From contig JBFPLN010000003.1 of the NCBI GenBank assembly GCA_051971635.1, positions 96,001-160,000 of the forward strand: a stretch of 64,000 bases of DNA. The letters are read 5' to 3'. This DNA is from Candidatus Atelocyanobacterium thalassae (GTDB taxonomy: Bacteria; Cyanobacteriota; Cyanobacteriia; Cyanobacteriales; Microcystaceae). Under the pieces are notes generated by a model. The model was not told where the DNA came from. It made no database searches and saw only the letters and a list, made by a program, of their open reading frames with translations. Shown here piece after piece: positions 40,635-51,895 of the stretch. The position numbers were made by a program, and so were the translations under genes. Each line of letters begins with the position of its first letter. Within the stretch, counting starts at the first letter, position 1.

Positions 40635-42773
40635 TTAGCTTTTAACAATTGCGCCGAAGTCCGCTAATATTCTTCCGTAATTACGTAAAATTCCTAATAA
40701 ATTTAAACGATTTTGTTTGATCTTATGATTTTTATCCATTACCAAAACACTATCCTCACCATCGAAAAATTCGTTTACTGCAGGAGTAATGTTAATCAGA
40801 CCTTCAATTAATAACTCATAATTTTTATTAGTTTTGATAACATCTACTGTGGATACCAAATTTAATAAACTATCATATAATTCTTGTTCAGATAATTTTT
40901 CAAATAAATTAGTGTCAATTATTTTATAAGGGTCAAGTTCTGTATATTCAAGACTACCTTGCTTTGCTAGCCGAGCCGAACGATTAACAGTCTGATATAC
41001 TTTGTCCAGGATCCCATTGTCACGTATATTTTGTAAAAATTGAGTGCGTCTTTTTAAATCTGTAATATCTTGCAGAGCGCGTTCAATATATTCAGAATCC
41101 ATATCACCTAGTACTGCATTCACTAAGTCATAGTCAATCTTTATTTCATCTTGTAGTAGAGATTGAACTCGTTGAACAAAAAAATGTTTTAATAATTTTA
41201 AAGGAGATTCTTTGTTAGGCTTACTGAGAATAAACGAATTACATTCTTGGGATATTAAATCAGATAAATCTATAGATAGTTGAGATTCCCATATTATTGA
41301 TATAATTGAGTTTGCTGCTCTTCTTAAACCGAAAGGATCAGAGGATCCTGTTGGAATCATTCCTAGGCCAAAAATTCCAATTAAGGTATCTAAACGATCA
41401 GCAATTCCAACAACAATACCTGTTAAAGATTTTGGCATTTGATCATCAGATCCACGTGGCAGATAATGGTCAAAGATCCCCTGAGCAACAATTTCTGATT
41501 CTCCACTAACTAATGCATACTTCTCTCCCATAATTCCCTGCAATTCTGGAAATTCGTATACCATTTGGGTTACAAGATCAGCTTTACATAATAGAGATGT
41601 TCTAATAACTTCTTCTCTTTGCTGTGGCGTTAGTTGTAATTGATAGGATATTTGCTTAACAATGTTTATAATTCGATTTACTTTATCTCTTATACTTCCT
41701 AATTCTTGCTGAAAAGTAACGTTTTCTAGTTTAGGTAAATAGCTGCTTAAAGATTGATTACAGTCAGATATATAAAAAAATTGAGCATCTGAAAGTCTAG
41801 CTTTTAATACTCTTTCATTTCCTCGAATAATTATTGCATTCTTATTAGGATCACCATTAGAAATACTAATAAATTGAGGTAGAAGTTGATTATTAGATGT
41901 TTCTTTAATAGGAAAATACCTTTGGTGCTTAATCATAACAGTTGTTATAACTTCGTCGGGGAGTTCCAAAAATTCTTGGTCGAAATTTCCTAAAATTGCT
42001 GTAGGGTATTCAACTAAATTTACAACTTCTGTTAGTAATTCTTGAGAAGTATCAATGACTCCTCTCAAGTTTTTAGTTATTGCTTTAATACCATTATCAA
42101 TGATATTATGACGTTGAATAGGGTCAACTTCAACATAAGCAGATCTTAGTATATCTAGATAGGAAGCAGCATGTGGAATATTAATGGGGCCAGGATTTAA
42201 AATTCTATGTCCATATGAAAAAGAGTCACTACTTATTACAGTACTTCCATTTTCAATTTTTATAGGTAATATTTGAGAATCACATAAAGATACTATCCAT
42301 CGAATAGGACGAGAAAATTTAAAACTGCCATTGCCCCATTTCATAAACCGTTTGCCTTCTAAAGCATTAATCCAAGTGTGAATTAACTTTGGTAAAATTT
42401 CAATTGTTTCAATACCATGAATTTTCTTGTCAACGAATATACAGTCTCCTTTTTTAGTAGAGCGAATTTCTAAACAATCAATTGTAATATTTTGTTTTCG
42501 TACAAATCCTTCTAAAGCTGCAGTTGGGTTTCCTTCGTTAAATGCTGCCTTAACACTGGGCCCTTTTATCAACTCATTACGTTCTTTCTGCTTTTCCAAT
42601 AGTCCAGAAATAGTCACAGCTAGTCGCCTTGGTGTTCCATACACAGAAATAGACTCTGAAGTCAAAAAATTTTTTTCTAGGCTAGTAGGAATTATTTGTT
42701 TCCATTGATTAATAGCATGGTTAATAAAACTTGTAGGTAATTCTTCTGTACCAATTTCTAATAAAAAAATCAT
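40635..42773 (-). CDS. glyS: Glycine--tRNA ligase beta subunit
   Basis: FLLEIGTEELP, TPRRLA, FSRPIRW, HQRYFP, KADLVTQMVYEFPELQG, TGSSDPFGLRR. Confidence 0.97.
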   Translation of the reverse strand: MIFLLEIGTEELPTSFINHAINQWKQIIPTSLEKNFLTSESISVYGTPRRLAVTISGLLEKQKERNELIKGPSVKAAFNEGNPTAALEGFVRKQNITIDCLEIRSTKKGDCIFVDKKIHGIETIEILPKLIHTWINALEGKRFMKWGNGSFKFSRPIRWIVSLCDSQILPIKIENGSTVISSDSFSYGHRILNPGPINIPHAASYLDILRSAYVEVDPIQRHNIIDNGIKAITKNLRGVIDTSQELLTEVVNLVEYPTAILGNFDQEFLELPDEVITTVMIKHQRYFPIKETSNNQLLPQFISISNGDPNKNAIIIRGNERVLKARLSDAQFFYISDCNQSLSSYLPKLENVTFQQELGSIRDKVNRIINIVKQISYQLQLTPQQREEVIRTSLLCKADLVTQMVYEFPELQGIMGEKYALVSGESEIVAQGIFDHYLPRGSDDQMPKSLTGIVVGIADRLDTLIGIFGLGMIPTGSSDPFGLRRAANSIISIIWESQLSIDLSDLISQECNSFILSKPNKESPLKLLKHFFVQRVQSLLQDEIKIDYDLVNAVLGDMDSEYIERALQDITDLKRRTQFLQNIRDNGILDKVYQTVNRSARLAKQGSLEYTELDPYKIIDTNLFEKLSEQELYDSLLNLVSTVDVIKTNKNYELLIEGLINITPAVNEFFDGEDSVLVMDKNHKIKQNRLNLLGILRNYGRILADFGAIVKS

Positions 42774-43060
42774 ATTAATATAATAGAAACATATCTTAAA
42801 TAATGTATGATCTTAACACTATGCACTATAAGTTATATTGTTTTTCTGTATATTTTATATTTTCTAAAAATTCTCAAAATTTTCAACCAATTATTTATAT
42901 TGATTGGAACAAATTATTTTTTAAATAGTAATTTATCTATACAAGTTTCATCATAAAAATATTTAAAGAGATCTATTTAGAGTACTTATAAAATGTAGTG
43001 ATTTCATTTTTAAGTATTAATGCTTACCTATTAAATTTAATTAAGGTTACAGAAAAGTAT

Positions 43061-43363
43061 ATGAGATTTCACAAGTTAGCCATTTTTTTAACTAAAATAA
43101 TTTCTATAGTCTTAGTTACCAGTGCAATAATATCTGAAGTATGTAGAATGTATATTTTGATCAATAACTATAATCTTTCTGATAATTTTCAACTGTTATT
43201 TTGGGTAAGTCGCTTTGCGCTTGCAATCCATTTAATCGAATCTTTAATAATGTCTTACTATATAAATCTAAAAAATGAAAACTATATTAAGTATGGAATT
43301 TATACTTTTTTAGTAGGAATAGTTAGTTTTGTAGAATTGAAAAATAGTGAAGATAAAGGTTAA
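43061..43363 (+). CDS. Small hypothetical membrane protein
   Basis: About 100 aa with three hydrophobic segments, HLIE and YGIYTFLVG motifs. Probable start ATG 43061 (the track uses GTG 42998). Confidence 0.6.
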   Translation: MRFHKLAIFLTKIISIVLVTSAIISEVCRMYILINNYNLSDNFQLLFWVSRFALAIHLIESLIMSYYINLKNENYIKYGIYTFLVGIVSFVELKNSEDKG

Positions 43364-43713
43364 ATATTTAAGTGTTTTTAGTTTAAAGCTAATTAAGAAA
43401 TGTTCAACAATATTATTTTAGTTCTATTAAATATCTATATCTCTGGAAAAGTTAATAAATATATAAAGTGAAATAAATATAAATAATCTTATTTAAAACT
43501 AGAAAATTTTTTAAAAAGATAGTAAACCAGATTATAAAAGCTTAATCTCAAATTAGTTAGAAAATAAACATTGTTTAAAATATCATATTCAATAATTTAG
43601 GAATAGCAGTAATACTTAATTTTTGCATAGCTATATTTATTATAAAACGACTTTTTCCAGTAAGTATAAGCAATTAAATTACCAAAACTATTAGAATCTA
43701 AATTATTTTATTA

Positions 43714-44823
43714 TTAGTCTAAATCTTCTAGATTACCTCTTTCATACAATTCTTGTAAACTTTGTTTCTTATCCTTTCTAGAATGGCGTCGATATTTCTT
43801 GATTTCTAATTTTGGCTCATAAAATTCTTCTCCAAAGGCTTTAATCTTTAGCTTCAATTTTGATTCTTGAACCTTAATTTTTTGTTCTACTTCTTTTTGT
43901 AAAAGTGTTTCTGCTAATATAGCTAAATAGTGTTCGTATCTCTCCCAACTCTTATCAACAGCACAGTTTGGCTCACTTCTATGAAGGCAATTGTTAAACT
44001 GACACTTATTCTGTTTAAGTTGTTTTTTTGCTTCGGGAAAGTAATTAATTAACTCATGAGGATCACATTGCAAATCAGTTTGATTAAACCCGGGGGTATC
44101 AGCTATTATTCCTCCTCCAGGTAACTTAAAAAGTTCAACATGGCGAGTAGTATGACGTCCTCTGCGCAACTTACCTGAAACTTCATTAACCCTTTGTTGA
44201 GCATAAGGAATTAGTTTGTTAATTAGACTAGATTTACCAGCTCCAGATGGACCGGCTAAGATCGTAAATTTGTTTTCTAAGCAATCGTAGAGTTTCTGAA
44301 ATCCCTGAATAGTCAAAGTACTTATTAAAGTTGGGGTATACCCCCATTCTTCTAATCTTATTTTCCATTTTATTTGTTCATCAATCTCAAGTAAGTCAAC
44401 TTTATTAAGACATAAGACCAATGGAATTAATGTTGATTCTCCTTTAACAAGAAAACGACTCAATTGCCAAGGCTCTAATTGAGGCTCTTTAAATGGGAAA
44501 AGTAAAAGTATTTGATCTGCGTTAGCCACTTGAGGGCGAGATAATTCTGTCTTACGAGGTAAAACAGAAATAATCGAGCCTCGAGAGTCCTTATGATTAG
44601 ATTTTACTATTATTACGCGATCTCCTACCATAACGCTCTGTCCAATTTTTTTAAGACGATTGCGCCGAGTACAAAGTAGGTGTGAAATAAAAGGGTAATT
44701 TTTATCTCCAGAATTTTCATCTAAGTGGACTTGATAAAAATTAGCTTGAATTGCTACCACTGTCCCAAAAAATTTTGGAATAGTGGCAGATGAGTAATTA
44801 TGTATTGAATTTATATCATACAC
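43714..44823 (-). CDS. rsgA: Ribosome small subunit-dependent GTPase
   Basis: OB-fold start, LNKVDL, GPSGAGKSSLIN, GRHTTRH, DTPGF, and the zinc-finger CQFNNCLHRSEPNC. Confidence 0.96.
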   Translation of the reverse strand: MYDINSIHNYSSATIPKFFGTVVAIQANFYQVHLDENSGDKNYPFISHLLCTRRNRLKKIGQSVMVGDRVIIVKSNHKDSRGSIISVLPRKTELSRPQVANADQILLLFPFKEPQLEPWQLSRFLVKGESTLIPLVLCLNKVDLLEIDEQIKWKIRLEEWGYTPTLISTLTIQGFQKLYDCLENKFTILAGPSGAGKSSLINKLIPYAQQRVNEVSGKLRRGRHTTRHVELFKLPGGGIIADTPGFNQTDLQCDPHELINYFPEAKKQLKQNKCQFNNCLHRSEPNCAVDKSWERYEHYLAILAETLLQKEVEQKIKVQESKLKLKIKAFGEEFYEPKLEIKKYRRHSRKDKKQSLQELYERGNLEDLD

Positions 44824-44912
44824 AATAAATAAAATTCATAAAAAAATTTAATGAAAAAATAAGTAGTTAGTAGAACTTTAGTAAAGTATTCTTCCCTTCT
44901 ATTCTTTGAATA

Positions 44913-45152
44913 TTAAGGACAGAGAATTTTAATAGAAAAAAATTCATGATGATCATTGATGGATTCTATTTTATATCCTTCCATTATTAAACTGTCAGGA
45001 ACTTGTTCCATAGGTTCACCAGGATCTAACCAAACTTCTAAAGTAGAACCAGAAAGAATATTCTCTAATTTCAGTTTAATGCGAATAAAATTCACAGGAC
45101 AAGAAACGCCGCGCAGATCTAGAAGAAATTTATCTGAGCTTAAAGAATTCAT
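44913..45152 (-). CDS. TusA/SirA family sulfurtransferase
   Basis: [12 protein letters not shown] motif; ATGA-type overlap with the dnaJ end. Confidence 0.88.
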   Translation of the reverse strand: MNSLSSDKFLLDLRGVSCPVNFIRIKLKLENILSGSTLEVWLDPGEPMEQVPDSLIMEGYKIESINDHHEFFSIKILCP

Positions 45153-46279
45153 TTGTTAAACAAACTCCCTAAAAATCCTTCTATTCCGCCTTTACCATGA
45201 GTTTGGCCTTTAATTACAGCTAACTTTTCTAAAAGCTCTCTCTCTTCAGAAGTAATTCTTGTAGGAATATCCACATTAACTGTAATTAGGTGATCACCAC
45301 GAATAGCATCGTTTCCTAATTTAGGAACACCCAAATTATCTAAAGTTAAGATTGTTTTAGGTTGAGTACCAGGAGGAATAGACAAATCTTTTTTGCCATC
45401 TACTGTATCAATTGATACAGTGCATCCAAGAATAGCTTGAAGATAACTAATCTTGATCTCTGAGAGAATATTCATTTTCTCCCGAATAAATACTTTGTCA
45501 GGTTCGACATATAAGTATACGTAAAGATCTCCTGCCACCCCTCCTCTTAATCCAGCATCTCCTTTACGAGATACTCTAAGACGGGTTCCATCGCCTACTC
45601 CAGCTGGAATGGTAATTTTTACTTTTTCAGTTACTTGTCTACGTCCGGCACCCCCACAAACCTCACATTTTTCTTCAATAATTTGCCCTTCACCGTTACA
45701 AGTTGGACAAGTAGAAACTTGAGCAAAGCTTCCAAATGGAGTACGAGTTGAGCGGCGTACTTGACCTTGACCATCACAAGTTGGACAAGTCTTCTTTTTT
45801 GTTCCTGGTTTTGCACCGCTACCTTGACATATTGTGCATGTTTCCAAGTGAGGAATGCGAATTTCTTTCTCTCCTCCAAATACTGCTTCACGGAAGTTCA
45901 ATTTGAGGTCAAGGCGTAAATCATCTCCTTTGGTTGGCTCGTTACGACGACGTGTACCTGTTGTACCAGCTCCACCTCCAAATCCACTAAAAATAGTTTC
46001 AAAGATATCGGCAAAGCCACCCATATCTCCCATATCACCTTGATTAAAACCGTTTGCACCACTAACTCCGGCTTCTCCAAACTGGTCATAACGATTTCGT
46101 GTCTCAGGTTCAGACAATACCTCGTATGCGCGGTTAATCTCTTTGAAACGTTCTTCAGATCCTGCTTCTTTATTAACATCAGGATGATATTTTCGTGCAA
46201 GACGTCGATAAGCTTGCTTTAAATCTTCTTTATTGGCGTTACGGTCAACTCCAAGAATTTTGTAGTAGTCACCTGGCAT
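45149..46279 (-). CDS. dnaJ: Chaperone DnaJ (class A)
   Basis: J-domain with HPD, G/F-rich region, four CxxCxGxG repeats. Confidence 0.98.
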   Translation of the reverse strand: MPGDYYKILGVDRNANKEDLKQAYRRLARKYHPDVNKEAGSEERFKEINRAYEVLSEPETRNRYDQFGEAGVSGANGFNQGDMGDMGGFADIFETIFSGFGGGAGTTGTRRRNEPTKGDDLRLDLKLNFREAVFGGEKEIRIPHLETCTICQGSGAKPGTKKKTCPTCDGQGQVRRSTRTPFGSFAQVSTCPTCNGEGQIIEEKCEVCGGAGRRQVTEKVKITIPAGVGDGTRLRVSRKGDAGLRGGVAGDLYVYLYVEPDKVFIREKMNILSEIKISYLQAILGCTVSIDTVDGKKDLSIPPGTQPKTILTLDNLGVPKLGNDAIRGDHLITVNVDIPTRITSEERELLEKLAVIKGQTHGKGGIEGFLGSLFNK

Positions 46280-46485
46280 AGAACATTAATATCGATTGAT
46301 TTATATAATAGTTTATTAATTTGCTCGATGATTAATCTAGCAAACTATTGTTAAGAAAATACTATTATAATTGATTTTTTCAATTATGTTGCTTTAATTT
46401 AATAATTAAAAACTTATAATTTCGTTTTAAGATCTAAATTAATTTTAAATAATAAAACAACAGGATAATTACCATATATTTTTAT

Positions 46486-48600
46486 TTAAAAGTCTAAATC
46501 TTCTTCTGCTGTTATTGCTGGTCTTCCTTTAATTTTCTTTTGTAATGTTTTCTGTGAAAACTCGTTAGTATTTATTCTACTATCTCTATCTTTATTTGAT
46601 GAGATAAATTGCTTCTGTTTATTATTCTCTTCTTCTTTAAATTGACGGTCTTGATATACCTCTATTACGGCTTCGTCTATTTCATTATCTGAGATGGAAG
46701 AATCCTGATTATAATTGCTTATCTTTTCATTTTTACTATCATGTATAATCTCTCCTTTGAAAAATATGGCTAGTCGTTTTGCTATTTGTGTAATTTCATT
46801 ATCAGATGGCTTTGCAAAATTAGAAACTTTAGGTATTTGTTCTGATACTTCAGCAGAAGAACTTCTTCCCGGATTATGAGGAGAATCTTTATTTATATTT
46901 AAAACTATTTCGGAATTATCTATCTTTAGTACATGACCATTCAATTTTTGATCTTTGATTACATTATTTATAGGGTCATGTAATTTATCATTAGTAATAT
47001 TTGAGTTTGATTTACATAATAAATTTTGGCCAGATTTTGGTTTTGTTTCTACTTTAAGACTTACACTAACTTTGTGACCTAAAACCTCTTGAAAAGCTAA
47101 TTCAATTTGGGAAAGTTTGCTTTTTGCCAGATCAAGTAATGGAGAAGTAGACATGCCGACAGTTGCTGCTCTTTCTTTACAGTTAAGAAGGGATCCATGC
47201 TCTTTAATTAATCCCGCTAAAAATGGTGGAAGTTTTCCTAATATCAAATTCCATACTTCTTCCAAGTTGTCATTACTAACTAAAGTACTTAGATTATCAA
47301 CATTACTTTCGACTATATTTTCTATGCTAGGCTTAGCCTGATTTTCAGCTTTTGGGCTATTAACTTTTAATTCTTCGCTATTGTAATTTTCATTAGCTAT
47401 GCTAGGCTTAGCCTGATTTTCAGCTTTTGAGCTATTAACTTTTAATTCTTCGCTATTGTAATTTTCATTAGCTATGCTAGATGACTGATCGGTTGCCAAG
47501 AATTCTTTTGATTCTACTATTAAATCTAATAAGATAATTTCTATCCATAGATAAGGTTGGGTAGTATTTTTTAATTGAGATTCACTATCTTTTAGTTTTT
47601 GCTGATGTTTTAAAATTTTATCAGTTTCCCAATATTTTGCTTCTATACATAGCTCTTCCCAATGTTTTTTATTTATAAATGTTAATTCAGCATTTCCAGG
47701 AGATACTTTAGAAATAAGTAAATTTAAATAAAATTTTGCAATATTTTGTAATATTATTAGCGGTTCTTTACCCTGATTTATTAATTTTCTACAAAGTTCA
47801 ATGATTAATATTGAATTATTGGAACGAATCGCTTGTAATAGTGATAATAGATCTTTTTCGGAAATTAGACCTACCAAATTATTAACCTTTTCAGAGTTAA
47901 TTTTTCCTGGGAATAAACTTAATTGATCTAATAAACTTTCAGCATCTCTTAAACCGCCATTAGATATTTGTGCAACAAGTGTTAAGGCTTCTGATTCAAT
48001 ATCAATATCTTCTTTATTAGCAATCTTATCTAAATGCTGAGCTATTACCTGAGTTGAAATACGACGATAATCAAAACGTTGACAACGGGAGATTATTGTA
48101 GGTATAACTCTTTGAGGATCGGTAGTCGCCAATATAAAAATTACTTGTTTTGGAGGTTCTTCCAATATCTTTAACAAAGCATTAAATGCTGCTGTGCTAA
48201 GCATATGACACTCGTCAATTATGTATACTTTATATCGCAATTGTATAGGAGCAAATTTTGCCTGCTCAATAATTACTCGAATATTGTCAACTCCTGTATT
48301 ACTTGCTGCATCGATTTCTACAACATCTAATGAAGAACCTTTAACTATAGTTTTACATGCCTCACAATTTCCACAAGGAAATAAGTTAGGAACATCTAAT
48401 TCCAAACAATTAATAGATTTTGCTAAAATTCTAGCAGTAGATGTTTTGCCTGTTCCCCGGGGACCTGTAAATAGGTAAGCATGAGATATACGCTGAAATT
48501 TAATAGCATTGCTTAAAGCTACAACAATTGGTTCCTGTCCTACTAAATCATTGAAATTTTGAGGGCGATATTTTTGGTAAAGAGGTTCATAAAACAGCAT
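46486..48600 (-). CDS. dnaX: DNA polymerase III gamma/tau subunit
   Basis: KYRPQNF, GPRGTGKTS, EIDAASN, IDECHML, SRCQRFD, GGLRDA; long low-complexity C-terminus. Confidence 0.96.
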   Translation of the reverse strand: MLFYEPLYQKYRPQNFNDLVGQEPIVVALSNAIKFQRISHAYLFTGPRGTGKTSTARILAKSINCLELDVPNLFPCGNCEACKTIVKGSSLDVVEIDAASNTGVDNIRVIIEQAKFAPIQLRYKVYIIDECHMLSTAAFNALLKILEEPPKQVIFILATTDPQRVIPTIISRCQRFDYRRISTQVIAQHLDKIANKEDIDIESEALTLVAQISNGGLRDAESLLDQLSLFPGKINSEKVNNLVGLISEKDLLSLLQAIRSNNSILIIELCRKLINQGKEPLIILQNIAKFYLNLLISKVSPGNAELTFINKKHWEELCIEAKYWETDKILKHQQKLKDSESQLKNTTQPYLWIEIILLDLIVESKEFLATDQSSSIANENYNSEELKVNSSKAENQAKPSIANENYNSEELKVNSPKAENQAKPSIENIVESNVDNLSTLVSNDNLEEVWNLILGKLPPFLAGLIKEHGSLLNCKERAATVGMSTSPLLDLAKSKLSQIELAFQEVLGHKVSVSLKVETKPKSGQNLLCKSNSNITNDKLHDPINNVIKDQKLNGHVLKIDNSEIVLNINKDSPHNPGRSSSAEVSEQIPKVSNFAKPSDNEITQIAKRLAIFFKGEIIHDSKNEKISNYNQDSSISDNEIDEAVIEVYQDRQFKEEENNKQKQFISSNKDRDSRINTNEFSQKTLQKKIKGRPAITAEEDLDF
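47322..47480. repeat. 75-bp tandem repeat (2.1 copies) inside dnaX
   Basis: Units start at 47322 and 47397 with a single mismatch (47355 G / 47430 A); a 9-bp partial third copy CTATGCTAG starts at 47472. Confidence 0.95.
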
Positions 48601-48789
48601 AATTTTAGTAATTTAGTCTAAACATATTTAATCATGTTTGGATAAAAATTTAATAACTTTAGGTATGCAAATACTATTGCAATTCAGTACAAATTTCAAA
48701 TTCAGTTTCTCTATTTTTTAGACTTCATCCTGTTAAAGTAGAGGATACTAAATTGTTTCATTTTTTATATAAAGGTAACAACAAATTTC

Positions 48790-49431
48790 ATGAGTGAAAA
48801 AACCATTAATGCTAGAGATTTATTCCGTGCTGCATATGAAAATCGTTATACTTGGGATACTAATTTCCCAGGATACACTTCAGATATAACTTTTCAAGAA
48901 AATAATCAAATATTTTCTGGTCAGATTAAGATTAATAAAGATCTTTCTTCAGAAGTATTTAATATTAAAGATAGGGAAGCTTTAGCTCAAGTTAAGTCTC
49001 AGTTATGGGAAATTACTATCCATCGAGTGCGTCGTTCTTTTGAAGATACTCATGGTCAAAATATTTTTCGTTATGGCGATATAGACAAGAAAGGCTTTGT
49101 AGAAATTCTTATGGGTGGCAAATCAGAAGGAGATCGTTATAAAGTCCATGACAATGAGATCTGTCATGTTCATCGTCACATTCATGGCATTGTCGTTACG
49201 ATCGACACCTTTAGTAGTCATAATACAGGGGAAGGATACTTATCACATTGTTATGATTCTATTTATCACGATCCCAAAACGGGAAAAGTAAAAACAGACA
49301 AAAGATATTTTGAAGATAATTATCACAAAATTGGAAGCTATTACATCTTAAATAATCGTATTATTAAGGGTCAAGAGAATGAAAAATCTTTAATTAAAAA
49401 TTTTTCATTCTCTAATATCGAACTTTTATAA
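48790..49431 (+). CDS. DUF3386 family protein
   Basis: FRAAYENRYTWD, IHRVRRSFE, VHRHIHG, GEGYLS. Confidence 0.82.
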   Translation: MSEKTINARDLFRAAYENRYTWDTNFPGYTSDITFQENNQIFSGQIKINKDLSSEVFNIKDREALAQVKSQLWEITIHRVRRSFEDTHGQNIFRYGDIDKKGFVEILMGGKSEGDRYKVHDNEICHVHRHIHGIVVTIDTFSSHNTGEGYLSHCYDSIYHDPKTGKVKTDKRYFEDNYHKIGSYYILNNRIIKGQENEKSLIKNFSFSNIELL

Positions 49432-49651
49432 CTAATTATTTTCCATATTTTTCCTTTTCACTTTATTGAATAGCTAATAATAAATATAAAATTGTGAATC
49501 ATTATGTTTCTTTGCAGATACAGAAATTGTTTTTATTTTATTCATATAGAAACATAATGGTTTAAACAATTAATGTCTAATGTTTTTATTGTTTATTGGC
49601 CATTCTTCTTGTAGAATGCCGACAGTTAAAATAGTAATAGCTAGTAGTAAT

Positions 49652-50386
49652 ATGAATAAAATTCCTGGCGGTTTAGAACAGGCTATATCTCAAGCAAAAG
49701 AAGCTACAAAAGTTGCTCTAGCAGAAGGAGTTAAACGTATATGCTTAGAAGTAATTATCCCGGAAATTGTCCTTCAATCGCAAGATTTAACTTTAGAATT
49801 TATTTCCATATTTAAAGATAAAGAATCAGAATTAAAAATATTTTTTCCTGATACAGGATCTGCTGCTTTGGCTCGTCGCGACTGGGGAGAAACTACATTT
49901 AAAATAAGTGACCTCGGAAACCGAGGAGTTACTATAGAAAATAAATTATTAGAAACAGATCAGATTCTATTATTAGTAGCTCCTTCTTTTACTGAAATAG
50001 AAGCTATAGAGACGTTATGTAACCTTGCTAATAATCGCCCTGTTATTTTCTTAATCCCCCAGTTTGAGGATATTTCTATTGTAGGTATTGGCCATGTTGC
50101 ACGTGAAATACAAAAACGATTTCTTAATACTTTGGAATCTGTATATTATTTTTATCCGTTAGATAAATTCTTGATAGTACACTCCTACTTATCTCCTTGG
50201 TATATCTACTCTGAAGAAAAAGAAGGTTATCGGTTAATAGATCAAAAAAACGATAAACCCAGTCAAGAAGAGTTAGAGTCATTAATTGTTGACGAAGTTA
50301 CAGTTGACAAACATATTATTGGTTCCCCTTCAAAGACAAGCTTCATGTCTGAAATACAACGCTTTATCGATTTTTTAAGTAAATAA
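49652..50386 (+). CDS. DUF1995 family protein
   Basis: FPDTGSAALARRDW, RPVIFLIPQFED, VGIG. Probable start ATG 49652. Confidence 0.8.
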   Translation: MNKIPGGLEQAISQAKEATKVALAEGVKRICLEVIIPEIVLQSQDLTLEFISIFKDKESELKIFFPDTGSAALARRDWGETTFKISDLGNRGVTIENKLLETDQILLLVAPSFTEIEAIETLCNLANNRPVIFLIPQFEDISIVGIGHVAREIQKRFLNTLESVYYFYPLDKFLIVHSYLSPWYIYSEEKEGYRLIDQKNDKPSQEELESLIVDEVTVDKHIIGSPSKTSFMSEIQRFIDFLSK

Positions 50387-50515
50387 TTTTTCAAAAAAAT
50401 GAGTTATTAGTAATTAAACTTATAACTACATAAAGTTGATGTTAAAAAATATACCTTTCTAGTATGAGTCACTTATTAAAAAAAAAGATGACATGTCAAT
50501 GTTCGCAGTAAATTA

Positions 50516-51019
50516 CTAGAAACTACTGATAGAGTTAGAAGGTCTTATTTTCTTCATCAAACTTACCATTTCTAAAGAATTTAAAGCGTAGTTCCATCCT
50601 TGATTACTTTTAATACCAGCCCTTTCTAAGGCTTGTTGCATAGTATCAGTAGTTAAAATACCAAAAGTAATAGGTGTACCGGTTTGGAAGCCTACTGCAG
50701 CTATCCCTTTAGCTGCCTCTGCTGATACATAATCGAAATGTGGTGTCTGACCACGAATAATAGCTCCTAAGCAAATAATAGCATCATACTTACTTAATAA
50801 AGCTAATTGATGTGCAACTAATGGCACTTCAAAACTTCCAGGGACCCAAGCATAATCGACTTGATTCCCTTGAGGATCTATATCAATTCCATGACGTTTT
50901 AAACAGTCTTGGCATCCTGATAAAAGTTTACTAGTTACTAAATCATTAAAACGTCCTATTACAATAGCAAGACGTATATTAGATAAATCTTCCGCAAAAG
51001 TACCTTCAAAAATAGTCAT
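50516..51019 (-). CDS. ribH: 6,7-dimethyl-8-ribityllumazine synthase
   Basis: [32 protein letters not shown]. Confidence 0.97.
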   Translation of the reverse strand: MTIFEGTFAEDLSNIRLAIVIGRFNDLVTSKLLSGCQDCLKRHGIDIDPQGNQVDYAWVPGSFEVPLVAHQLALLSKYDAIICLGAIIRGQTPHFDYVSAEAAKGIAAVGFQTGTPITFGILTTDTMQQALERAGIKSNQGWNYALNSLEMVSLMKKIRPSNSISSF

Positions 51020-51290
51020 AATATTACAGGTTTTGTTTTTAAAAAAATAACTTTCATTATTAGCATAACTAAAGATAAGAAATTATGTTGAAAATCAGTA
51101 AGCTATAAAAATCTTAAATATTTACTGATTTTTTCCAGATGTCCTTAGGCAAAATATTTTATGTACTTTAAGCTAAAAATTTAACATTTAGTTGTTATTC
51201 AGAAACTAAGACAGTCTATATTTTAACTTTTTGCATTGATATTTAAGAAAACATTTAATTATAAGTTTTTAGTATACATTCAGTGACATT

Positions 51291-51330
51291 AAAACCTGAA
51301 AGTCTTTTTCAAGAGAGGCTTTCAGGTTTT
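51291..51330. terminator. Terminator 3' of frr
   Basis: AAAACCTGAAAG / CTTTCAGGTTTT inverted repeat with T-runs on both strands. Confidence 0.7.
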
Positions 51331-51349
51331 GATTTTATTAACAGATTTC

Positions 51350-51895
51350 CTAGACTGTCATAATATCCTTGGTCTTAGTAGTTAATAACTCATCGATTTT
51401 TTTAGTAAATTCATCAGTTATTTTCTGGATACTTTCTTGCAAGTTGCGAGATTCATCTTCAGAAATATATCCATCTTTTACTTGTTTACGTACAGCTTCA
51501 TTAGCATCTCGGCGAATATTTCTGACAGCAACTTTCCCTTCTTCTGCCATTTTATTAGCCATTTTTGCTAATTCTTTTCTCCTTTCTTTTGTTAGAGGAG
51601 GAATGTTAAGACGTATAACCTGGCCATCATTGTTAGGTGTCAATCCTACGTCAGACATGTTGATAGCTTTTTCAATTTGTCCTATGCTTCCCCTATCAAA
51701 AGGTTGAATTAAAAGAGTAGTTGCGTCAGGAGTATTAATATTTGCAAGAGATTTTAGCTGAGCTTCCGTTCCATAATAATCGACCGTTACTCTATCAAGA
51801 ATTGCTGCATTAGCACGTCCTGTCCTCAAGGTATTAAAAGACTTTTGAGTAGATTCAACAGTCTTTTTCATACTAGTTTTAAGATCATTTAACAT
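51350..51895 (-). CDS. frr: Ribosome recycling factor
   Basis: [29 protein letters not shown]. Start ATG 51895 or GTG 51898, overlapping the pyrH end. Confidence 0.97.
   Translation of the reverse strand: MLNDLKTSMKKTVESTQKSFNTLRTGRANAAILDRVTVDYYGTEAQLKSLANINTPDATTLLIQPFDRGSIGQIEKAINMSDVGLTPNNDGQVIRLNIPPLTKERRKELAKMANKMAEEGKVAVRNIRRDANEAVRKQVKDGYISEDESRNLQESIQKITDEFTKKIDELLTTKTKDIMTV

Noticed and set aside
47322..47480. CRISPR-like repeat
   Set aside because: The units are directly adjacent with no spacers, lie in frame within dnaX, and no cas genes are present.
49500..49559. 12-bp inverted repeat (CATTATGTTTCT / AGAAACATAATG) as a MITE
   Set aside because: Single copy, only 60 bp, no target-site duplication; more likely a 3' hairpin or chance.
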